Shown: positions 20,875-31,300 of the stretch, in pieces
Position numbering within the stretch: the first letter of the stretch is position 1
How the letters are laid out: each line of letters starts with the position of its first letter
From: Nitrosopumilaceae archaeon
GTDB lineage: Archaea > Thermoproteota > Nitrososphaeria > Nitrososphaerales > Nitrosopumilaceae
Reading direction: 5' to 3'
Assembly (NCBI GenBank): GCA_965209085.1
Contig: OZ242376.1
Location: forward strand, 672,001-736,000
Length of the DNA: 64,000 nucleotides
Translations under genes and position numbers: made by a program
Notes under the pieces: generated by a model
Told to the model about the DNA's origin: nothing
Seen by the model: only the letters and a program-made list of their open reading frames with translations
Databases searched by the model: none

Positions 20875-21558
20875 AGATGCCTTGCGTAATAAAGAAATTC
20901 GATCATGCAGTCCAAACTTTTAGATCACATCGATCTATTTTCATGCATATTTACGGTGTTTTGTGTTCTCAGAAACGACAATGCGCAAAAAACCGCATGC
21001 ATTCAAGGCGTTTACCGGTCTTACGGTCGAAGAATTTGATTCCTTGATTCCTGGCATACGTAAAAAATATCTTGAATGCCAGCTGGATGTTGCAGATGCA
21101 GCAGAAAGACAACGAAGTCCAGGAGGAGGCAGGAAACATCACTTGTCACTGCCAGATCGGTTAATAATGACGCTTGTTTATTTACGAGAATACCAGTCGT
21201 ATGAAAAAATAGGATACATGTTTGACTTGGATCAAAGTAATGTACAACGAAACATAGGCATGATTCTAAAGATATTGGCAGATATTCTTCCAACTCCACA
21301 TAAACTACACAAACAAGTTTTAGAAATAAAATCTTCCAAAGATCTTGAAAAGAATTTTCCAGACAATTATTGCGTTACAGATGCTACAGAACAACGGGTA
21401 TGGCGTCCAAGTGACAAGGAAGAACAAAAGAAAAACTATTCTGGCAAGCACAAAACACATACTAGAAAAACAACAGAAGTCATAAACGGAAACGGAATGA
21501 TCTTGTATAGCTCAATGTCATATCCTGGCAGTGTACACGATTATGCCATTAGACCGTA

Positions 21559-21762
21559 TCCATGTGAATACTTTTTAAAGGTTTCTTGCTTTTTTGTGTC
21601 ATGCGGTATGGCTTTCGCTATGTGTCTGGTTCCAACCAAAAGATAAAAGACATCTATCCATTCGGGATTTAATCCCACAACCATCTTCATCTACATGTTA
21701 AAGCTTACCGCAGTTATGCAGCCGGGGTAACATCCCCAAAGTCTAACCCGCGGTTTGTTGCT
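21559..21762 (-). ncRNA. Predicted bridge/seek RNA of the intact IS110-A4
   Basis: Target loop AGACTTT / GGCTGCATA and donor loop ATGGTTG / ATGGATA, with the same hairpins as the other copies. Confidence 0.7.
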
Positions 21763-22884
21763 TTAACGATGATGTATTTCAAATTCACTCCTATCCTTTA
21801 GCATACGAAATATGATATCCAGCATCTTGGCCGCTGCTGCAACTTTGGCCTTGGATGATCCTCTCTTTTTTGCAAGACGCCGGTAAAATTCAGAAATGTT
21901 ACTCTCTGATGCAAATCGGACATGTGTGGTAACAGCTTCCACCAATGCCCACCGCATCATCCTGCTGCCTCTTTTTGTTATATGTCCGTGATGGACCACA
22001 TCTGCTGAATTACGAACCGATGGGGCAAGACCCGCATATGATTTGAGTTGTTTTGGTTCAGAAAATCTCTCAACTCCATCAATCTCTGCTGCCAGTATCA
22101 ATGAAATAAAATCACCTATGCCAGGTATTGTCTTGAGCAACATTGCATCCTTGTTTGAACAGGATGCGTTGTGTACCTTTATGTTTGAGTCTGCAATTTT
22201 TGTATTAACGAATCCAATAGAATCCAAATATCCGTTTATACGGTAATCCTTTAGAGAACGCAGTTTTCTATTGTATGTAAGCGTAAATGTTGCTCCAAAG
22301 ATCTTTATCCCTCCCTGTAATAAAATTCCATGTATTTTGTTTTTTAGAGTTGTTCTTGTCTTGACAAGACTGTCGCGATATCGTACAAGTTGCCGTTGTT
22401 CCATTATATCCTTGTTTGAGACATGACAGAGGGATATGTATCCGCATCGTAACAGATCTGCAAGTGTTACAGCATCCCTCTTGTCGGTCTTTTTCTTGGA
22501 TGCGGCGATGATTTTTGTCGCCCATGGATTTGACAATACGACATTATAACCCATTTTATCTGTCATGTATCGATATAGACCGTACCATACGGATGAAGAT
22601 TCCATTACGATTTTTGCATTTTCAGGTACGCTTGATCTGAAGAATCGACTGATGGACTTGTTTTCATTTTCAATCCTCTCATTAAAAATCACTTTGGCTT
22701 TTTTATCCATCATTGCAACTTGAAGAAATTTCTTGTGAACGTCCATTCCAACAAACATATTCTTCCCAGAATATGTGGTAATCTGTTTGTTTGCATTTGG
22801 ATCTTTTTTAGATGATTTACGTTTCGGTGATACGGATCGTTTGACATTCTTACAACCATCTGTGGTCTTAGAAGCTCTCTTCAC
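21763..22884 (-). CDS. IS110-family recombinase (373 aa)
   Basis: DEDD residues GMDVHKK, MESS, KTDKRD. Tnp domain TIPGIG...YAGLAPSVRNSA...GHITKRG. Confidence 0.95.
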   Translation of the reverse strand: MKRASKTTDGCKNVKRSVSPKRKSSKKDPNANKQITTYSGKNMFVGMDVHKKFLQVAMMDKKAKVIFNERIENENKSISRFFRSSVPENAKIVMESSSVWYGLYRYMTDKMGYNVVLSNPWATKIIAASKKKTDKRDAVTLADLLRCGYISLCHVSNKDIMEQRQLVRYRDSLVKTRTTLKNKIHGILLQGGIKIFGATFTLTYNRKLRSLKDYRINGYLDSIGFVNTKIADSNIKVHNASCSNKDAMLLKTIPGIGDFISLILAAEIDGVERFSEPKQLKSYAGLAPSVRNSADVVHHGHITKRGSRMMRWALVEAVTTHVRFASESNISEFYRRLAKKRGSSKAKVAAAAKMLDIIFRMLKDRSEFEIHHR

Positions 22885-23288
22885 ATATGGTTATGCATAA
22901 TCGTTCAAATCGGTCATTTTTATTCGTAAAAATTGTGAATTTGACCCATTATGCATAAAGTCTATTGTGAAAGAGAATCACCCACTGCAGTGTGAAAACA
23001 AAATTACGCAGGATCTGCTGAATTCTGTCTCAAATCTCTATGATAGCGCATATCAGGGAATACATGACGCGTTTCCACAAGCAAATTCGATTATACCCTG
23101 TAAAAAATATAAAAACAAAAAGAGAACCCGTGAACAAATATTTCACAATAAATTACTCTCAAGCGTACGTGTGCGGATAGAACATGTTTACAGCAGAATT
23201 AAGAAATTCAACATACGCCGAGATGTATTCCGATCCCGATTTGATAAATATGATGGAATCGTGCAGGTTGTAAACGGATTAATAAATT

Positions 23289-24643
23289 AGACCTTATGCA
23301 TAATTAACCAAAAAATCAATTTTGACAAATCGAAAGATCTATGATCTAGTATCACATTCGTACAGCATGTGTGCCCCAGACAAGCGTATAATCGCCCAGC
23401 AAACAGAGATGATCTCCAAGCTTGAAGCAGAAATTCAACACTACAAAAAAACGATACATGATAATGAGGTCGAAAAGCAACAATCTGCCTACGAATATTT
23501 GAACCACATAATTGATGATGACAATTATTTGTACGGGACGACTGGAATGAACCGTGAAGAGTTTGAATGGATTCAGGAACGGTTTGAAAAAGTTATCGAA
23601 TATTCGCCCAAGGTCCCCCGCTTTTCAGATTATGTCGACGATCCTGGAAACACCTGTATTCTCACTGCATCTCAAATTTTGTTTGTCACACTGTGCCGCA
23701 AACGCAACAATCCTAAACAGGAATTGCTTGCGGCCATTGCAGGCGTTGATCAGAGCACCATTAGCAGATATCTGACCTTTTCTGATGAATTGTTGATGAA
23801 TATTCTTCCAACGGCTAAGAATATTGGTGCTGCAATACGGACAATACGTACAAGCGAGTTGTTTAAAAAATTCGTACCCGGTAGAGGCGGCGGCGAGCTG
23901 TATCTTGATGCCACGTTTGTACAGGTTCAAAGACCGCAGGAAAACCAAGAGGTAGTATACTCTGGAAAGCGTAAGAGGCACGTCTACAACGTACAGATAA
24001 CCTCAAACAAAGACGGGTTGGTACTTGACATTGGCGGACCTGAAGATGGCTCAGTACATGACATGGAGGTACTGCGGCGTAATCCGCCAAATTTTGGCAA
24101 ATGGACCGATGGCATGAAAAACTCTGATACAAAAAAAGAGCGCCAAATTATGCTATATACTGACAAGGGATATCTGTCCGTGGAAAAAGACTATCGGGGC
24201 ATTATCTCAAAGCAGCCGTACAAAAAACCAAAGGGTAAGGGATTGACAGAGACGGAACGTGAATACAGCAAGAGAATCAGTCGTAAGCGCATAAAAGTAG
24301 AGCATGCCATAAACCGGCTCAAATGGTTCCGCAGAATGAGTGCCGTATATGATGATACAATGGATGCGTTTTATACAGAAATCCAAGTGGTTACAGGACT
24401 GACCAATCTGCACATCATGTTAAAGGATCGCAAGTATATCGAACCGTTGGAAAAAGTTTGCGCTCAAATCAAGTAGCACATCTTTGTGCATACAGTCACG
24501 CATAATATTCTGCTTTTTGTCATGCATATGATATTTTGATTTATTTTGTTGTCTGCTTGAAGGTTTTAGGCCATGTGTACTTTGATCATGACAGCGTCAT
24601 AGTCGGAACCGTATGTCTCAGTGATTGATTATGCATAAGGCCT
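23289..24643 (+). mobile_element. IS5-family element, likely autonomous partner of the 78-bp MITE
   Basis: TIRs AGACCTTATGCATAAT / ATTATGCATAAGGCCT, the same as the MITE TIRs, and ATT duplication (23286-88, 24644-46). Confidence 0.92.
23322..24476 (+). CDS. IS5-family transposase (DDE_Tnp_4 type)
   Basis: LDATFV, YSGKRKRH, GSVHD, YTDKGY, RIKVEHAI. Confidence 0.9.
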   Translation: MTNRKIYDLVSHSYSMCAPDKRIIAQQTEMISKLEAEIQHYKKTIHDNEVEKQQSAYEYLNHIIDDDNYLYGTTGMNREEFEWIQERFEKVIEYSPKVPRFSDYVDDPGNTCILTASQILFVTLCRKRNNPKQELLAAIAGVDQSTISRYLTFSDELLMNILPTAKNIGAAIRTIRTSELFKKFVPGRGGGELYLDATFVQVQRPQENQEVVYSGKRKRHVYNVQITSNKDGLVLDIGGPEDGSVHDMEVLRRNPPNFGKWTDGMKNSDTKKERQIMLYTDKGYLSVEKDYRGIISKQPYKKPKGKGLTETEREYSKRISRKRIKVEHAINRLKWFRRMSAVYDDTMDAFYTEIQVVTGLTNLHIMLKDRKYIEPLEKVCAQIK

Positions 24644-24911
24644 ATTACAAAAATGAGTGGGCACGCTCATTATAATATCATACTGCACGCCAGATATTGA
24701 CCAGATGTACATGTTGTCGTGTGGATTTGCAAACCTACATCGTTCCAACATGAATTACTGCAAACGGTGATCACATAATTGACATATGTGGCATATTGTC
24801 TCAGATTAACTGTAAATCATATTCCAGAATGTGATTTTTTAACATAACACTTTAATTATTAGGCATAATATGTTGTTATGTCGAATTTTTTATTACGCAA
24901 GACATCTACTA

Positions 24912-25040
24912 TACCCCAAAGCATTAATTCGTTTAAAAAAACCGTCAATATTATCATAATATGACGAAGTTATAGATGTAAAAAACATGAATCATTTATG
25001 AACGTTATTCAGAATTTAAATGAATTTATGATCTGCGGTA
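24912..25040. mobile_element. IS630-derived MITE
   Basis: TA flanks. Ends TACCCCAAAGCATTAATTCGTTTAAA / TTTAAATGAATTTATGATCTGCGGTA match the TIRs of 59146-60255. Confidence 0.7.
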
Positions 25041-25246
25041 TAGAACGTTCTTTTTTGTACGCTTTTTCAAGTTGTTCTAATTTGTTCATGTGTATTGCAA
25101 TAATTTGGAGATCCAAATACTTTTCGGTTCGATAAATTTAGCTCATGAACTTTTGCGTGTGGCTAAAGAATGTCAAACTTTCTAACATGCGTTTTGACAT
25201 GGAAAATGCAGAGTAAAAGCGTCTTTGAAGAGGTGCTCAGTATAGT

Positions 25247-25323
25247 AGACTTCATGCATAATGGACCAAATTCACAATTTTTACGAATAAAAATGACTGA
25301 TTTTAATGATTATGCGTAAGGTT
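25247..25323. mobile_element. Empty MITE directly upstream of the giant gene
   Basis: AGT|AGACTTCATGCATAAT...ATTATGCGTAAGGTT|AGT. Confidence 0.85.
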
Positions 25324-25358
25324 AGTTTAATATCTAGCCTCATACATCATAATACAAT

Positions 25359-28300
25359 ATGTATGTGGTATTCGCAATAATGTTGGTATTACTCTCACCT
25401 TTACCATTTACTTCGCCATTTATATACGATGATCAGGATATCTCAGTAAATCGTGCATATGGAGTAGAAAATAATGCCACGCAAACACTATCAATTATCA
25501 TAGTCCAGGATCTGTTCACATACCCCACATCTAGCATAACCAATAACGCCGAATATTCTTTATGGATTGCACAAGACATTACCACCGTTACTTTGAATGA
25601 TGCCGTATACGCGTTGGTCACATCTGTGGGTAACCACAGCGTCCAAATAATCAACATTACAGACCCCTCATCGCCGTCTGCTGTATCTAGCATACGTGAT
25701 GGTCATGGGGGTTTTGATACACTATACCGTCCACGTGGCATTACCACCGTTACTTTGAATGATGCCGTATACGCGCTGGTCACATCCTTTGGTGACAACG
25801 GCGTTCAAATAATAAACATTACAGACCCATCATCGCCGTCTGCTGTATCTAGCATAATTAATGGTTCTGATGGTTTTGATACACTACATCAACCACGTGG
25901 CATTACCACCGTTACTTTGAATGATGCCGTATACGCGCTGGTTGCATCCTTTGGTGATCACGGCGTTCAAATAATAAACATTACAGACCCATCATCGCCG
26001 TCTGCTGTATCTAGCATACGTGATGGTCATGGGGGTTTTGATACACTATATGGTTCAATCGACATTACCACCGTTACTTTGAATGACACCGTATACGCAC
26101 TGGTCACAGCCTTTAGTGATATAGGCGTCCAAATAATAAACATTACAGACCCCTCATCACCGTCTGCTGTATCTAGCATACGTGATGGTTTTGATGATTT
26201 TGATACACTACGTAATCCCGACTCTATTACCACCGTTACTTTGAATGACACCGTATACGCGCTGGTCACATCTTGGGGTAACGCGGGCGTTCAAATAATA
26301 AACATTACAGACCCCTCATCGCCGTCTGCTGTATCTAGCATACGTGATGGTCATGGGGGTTTTGATACACTGAGAACTCCGCGTGACATTACCACCGTTA
26401 CTTTGGAAAACGCCACATACGCACTTGTTATATCTGATCATTATCTTGAAAACGGCATCCAAATAATCAACATTACAGACCCCTCATCGCCGTCTGCCGT
26501 ATATGGAATACGTGATAGTTCATATGGTTTTGATACACTAAGCGCTCCACGTGGCATTACCGCCGTTACTTTGAATGACACCGTATACGCGCTAGTCACA
26601 TCCGCCGATGATGATGGTGTTCAAATAATAAGATTTGAAACCAAAGAAAAAGTCTTGTCAATAAAAAGCAGTAATAGAAACCCGGAATACGCAAAAGCAG
26701 AAGATACACTGACTGTCAAATTTAAAGTAAATGGTACAATTGATGAGGGTAACGCCACAATACTAGACTTGAATGCATCATCAAACTTTATTGATCAAGA
26801 CTTTACCGCTAGCATAACTGTGCCTGACACCGAACGGGAAGAGTATGCAAACTTTAGAGCAGTGGTTGAAAACAATCAAACTTCCAGCCTTGTTGTAACA
26901 CAGAATGATCTGCCTGCTCGAAACATATTCATTGATACCATACCCCCCACCATAACACTGATCGGGGATGCAAACTATACGGTATTTGCAGGCACTACAA
27001 ACCCGTCCATTCCAGGCGCCACTGTAAGCGATGGAGATCCAAAATATTCTAGCGATGTTACCATCACCCCAAACGGCACTTTGAATACAAGTAAAATCGG
27101 CTCTGTAATTCTCTATACGTATACGGCAGATTCAGATGAGGCAGGAAACCTTGCAACACACGTCAGCCGAACTGTGACAGTGATAGACTATGAACCCCTT
27201 GACATCACAGCCCTGACCGTGAGCAGTACTAATTCAGTGAACAGTACCAATTATGCAAAGGCAGACGATATTGTGATAATTCAGATCAACACCACTAGCA
27301 CCAATATTACAAGCATAACAGGCAGCATACCTGGCGGCATATTTACACCTGACATCTCTGGAAATGGTGGAATAATACGCCTGTACAAAATCATCGAACA
27401 AAGTGACACAAACGGCAACCTCACATTTGACATATCTGTGATAAATTCCAACGATTACGCAATCAGAGTTACACAAGATGACCTAACTAGTGAGAATATT
27501 ATAATAGATACAACGGCGCCAAACATAACACTTAACGGTGCAAACAACCCCGTATCAATACTGAATCGTACGTATGCGGATAAGAATGCAACAGCCTATG
27601 ATCTCTCGTACGGCTATAAAACAATCCTGCCAACAGGATCTGTGGACACAACTAGTGTGGGAAACTATACGCTCACTTATACTGCACCTGATGATTATGC
27701 AGGCAATCCAGGCAACACTGTATCCCGCACTGTACACGTCCAGGTTGCATCACCACCTGAAATTGTATCTAATGCCACGCAAATACTACCAATTGCCATA
27801 GTTCAGGGTCTGTTCACATACCCCACATCGAGCATAACCAATAGCGCCGAATATTCTTTATCGGATAGACTACAAGACATTACCACCGTTACTTTGAATG
27901 ACGCAGTATACGCGCTGGTCACATCCTCTGGTGACAACGGCGTCCAAATAATCAACATTACAGACCCCTCATCTCCGTCTGCTGTATCTAGCATACGTGA
28001 CGGTTCCAATGATTTTGATACACTAAATCAACCACACTCCATTACCACCGTTACTTTGAATGACACCGTATACGCGCTAGTCACATCTTTGGGTGACAAC
28101 GGCGTCCAAATAATCAACATTACAGACCCCTCATCTCCGTCTGCTGTATCTAGCATACGTGACGGTTCCAATGATTTTGATACACTAAATCGACCACACT
28201 CCATTACCACCGTTACTTTGAATGACGCAGTATACGCGCTGGTCACATCCTCTGGTGACAACGGCGTCCAAATAATCAACATTACAGACCCCTCATCACC

Positions 28301-31300
28301 GTCTGCTGTATCTAGCATACGTTACGGTTCCAATGGTTTTGATATACTAAATCGACCACACTCCATTACCACCGTTACTTTGAATGACGCAGTATACGCG
28401 CTGGTCACATCCTCTGGTGACGACGGCGTCCAAATAATCAACATTACAGACCCCTCATCACCGTCTGCTGTATTTAGGATACGTGATGATCATGATGGTT
28501 TTGTTGCACTAGACACTCCAAGTAGCATTATCACCGTTACTTTGAATGACACCGTATACGCGCTAGTCACATCCTATCGTGAGCACAACGTCCAAATAAT
28601 CAACATTACAGACCCCTTATCGCCGTCTCCCACATCTAATATAGGACGGTCTGATGGTGCTGGTGCCTTATTTTACCCGATTGACATTACCACCATTACT
28701 TTGAAAAACGTCACATACGCACTAGTTATATCTTGGCACGGGAGTTGTAGTTGCGTCCAAATAATCAACATTACAGACCCCTCATCACCGTCTCCCGTAT
28801 ATGCCATATATGATAATAATGCTGACTTTCGTCATCATAGTAATCCTGATGGTTTTGTTGCACTAGGTAATCCATACTCCATTACCACCGTTACTTTGAA
28901 TGACACAGTATACGCGCTAGTCACATCCTATGAAGGCATCCAAATAATAAGATTTGAAACCAAAGAAAAAGCCTTGTCAATAAACAGCAATAATGGAAAT
29001 TCGTATTACGCAAAAGAAGGAGATACACTGACTGTCAAATTTAAAGTAAATGGTACAATTGATGAGGGTAACGCCACAATACTAGACTTGAATGCATCAT
29101 CAAACTTTATTGATCAAGACTTTACCGCTAGCATAACTGTGCCTGACACCGAACGGGAAGAGTATGCAAACTTTAGAGCAGTGGTTGAAAACAATCAAAC
29201 TTCCAGCCTTGTTGTAACACAGAATGATCTGCCTGCTCGAAACATATTTGTCGATACCATACCCCCCACCATAACACTGATCGGGGATGCAAACTATACG
29301 ATATTTGCAGGCACTACAAACCAGTCCATTCCAGGCGCCACTGTAAGCGATGGAGATCCAAACTATTTTGGTCGTGTTTTCTCTTCAACAAACGGCACTT
29401 TGAACACAAGTAAAATCGGCTCTGTAATTCTCTACACGTATAAGGCAGATTCAGACCGGGCAGGAAACCTTGCAACACCCGTCTACCGAACCGTGACAGT
29501 GATAGACTATGAATCACTTGACATCACAACCCTGACCGTGAGCAGTACTAATTCAGTGAACAGTACCAATTATGCAAAGGCAGGCGATACTGTGAGAATT
29601 CAGATCAACACTACTAGCACCAATATTACAAGCATAACAGGCAACATACTTGGCAGTAGCTTTACACCTGAAACCTCTGGAAATGGTGGAATAATACACC
29701 TGAACAAAACCATAAAGCAAAGCGATACAAACGGCAACCTCACATTTGACATTTTTGTGGTAAATTCCAGCGATTACGCAATCAGAGTTACACAAGATGA
29801 CCTGACTAGTGGGAATATCATCATAGATACAACGGCGCCAAACATAACACTCAACGGTGCAAACAATACCGTATCCCTACTGAATCGTACATATGCGGAT
29901 AAAAATGCAACAGCATATGATCTCTCATACGGCTATAAAACCATCCTGCCAACAGGATCTGTGACCACAACTAGTGTGGGAAACTATACCCTCACCTATA
30001 CTGCACCTGATGATTATGCAGGAAATCCAGGTAACACCATATCACGTACTGTGATTGTTTCGGATGCGGCGCCGTTGGTGCTTGTAACTAAACTTATCCA
30101 CTCTCCGAGTGGAATACTAACAAAAGGTACTGATTTTTCAACCGATATACAACCTGAAAACATCAATCTGTTTGAAACAAGTGGTAAAACATATGCCTTG
30201 TTAGCGGAAGGATCCAGCGGAGCATGGATTATTGCAGACGTTACAAATCCTGCATTACCTAGTATAGTATATAATAATACCTTTTTCACACCTGCATTAA
30301 AAACATCCATCTTTACAATAGATAATACCCAATATGCCATAGCTGCAGGTGGTATCGGTATTACTAGTATAATCGACATCAGCTTACCTGCATCCCCCTC
30401 TATTATTGCAACACTTGTAAACGGCACAGACTATCCGCGACTATACAATGCACAAAGCGTTACAACCGTAACAATAGGCGCCTCAACTTTTGCACTGTTT
30501 GCATCGGCCCATCCTACAAACGGCGTCCAAATCATAGACGTTACAAACCCCCACAGCCCATCACATGTATCCTACCTTACCGATGATACGGATGGTTATT
30601 TGGAACTAGGAGACGCATCTGACATTACCACTGTAACAATCGGCGCATCCGTTTATGCCTTGGTGGCATCCTATGATAATGGCATCCAAATCATAGACAT
30701 TACAGACCCATACAACCCATTACCTGCATCAAATGTAACAGATGAAATGGACGGCTATGATGAACTAGATAGTCCAAGTAGCATCACCACCGTAACTGTA
30801 GGATCATCAGTTTATGCCTTGGTGGCATCCTTTAATGATAATGGCATCCAAATCATAAACATTACAGACCCATACAACCCATCAAATGCATCAAGCGTAA
30901 CAGATGGAATAGGCGGCTATGATGAACTAGATAGTCCATATGGGATCACCACCGTAACTGTAGGATCATCAGTTTATGCTTTGGTGACATCTTATTTTGA
31001 TAATGGCGTCCAAACAATAGACATTACAAACCCCTACAACCCCAAACCTGCATATTCTTTCATAGATAATACTGATGGTTATGAAAATCTGAATCAACCA
31101 CGAGATGTCATTACTGCAACCATAAATGGCGCAGCATATGCATTTATACCCTCAACTGAGGGTCTCCAAATAATAAAACTGGAATCACCACTGGTTAACA
31201 TAATTAGCAACAATACAAATCCAGCATATGCAAAAACAGGCGATACACTCACCATACAATTTGCCATAAATGATACAATCTCATCTCATACAAGCCAAAT

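Larger units (their letters stand above)
21559..22891 (-). mobile_element. IS110 family A copy 4, intact (1333 bp)
   Basis: TA cores at 21557-58 and 22892-93, 7-nt left end, ~200-nt right end, subterminal IR ATGTGAA/TTCACAT. Confidence 0.95.
21551..22963. mobile_element. MITE + IS110-A composite with ATT target duplication
   Basis: ATT|AGACCG-TA-[IS110]-TA-TGCATAATCG...ATGCATAAAGTCT|ATT. The empty site GCC-ATT-GTG is seen at 13015-13023. Confidence 0.9.
20875..24907 (+). mobile_element. Second copy of the ISL2-like IS5, interrupted by two insertions
   Basis: Nearly identical to 12345-13601 once 21551-22966 and 23289-24646 are removed. Flanks AAT/ACT. Confidence 0.92.

Noticed and set aside
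20634-20915. 93-aa ORF as an intact gene
   Set aside because: Its first 14 codons come from the IS5 TIR. Only the NurA-like tail is genuine.
25578-28950. CRISPR array or DGR variable region
   Set aside because: The repeats are in-frame 162-bp coding units with no unique spacers. There are no cas or RT genes, and the variation is not adenine-specific.
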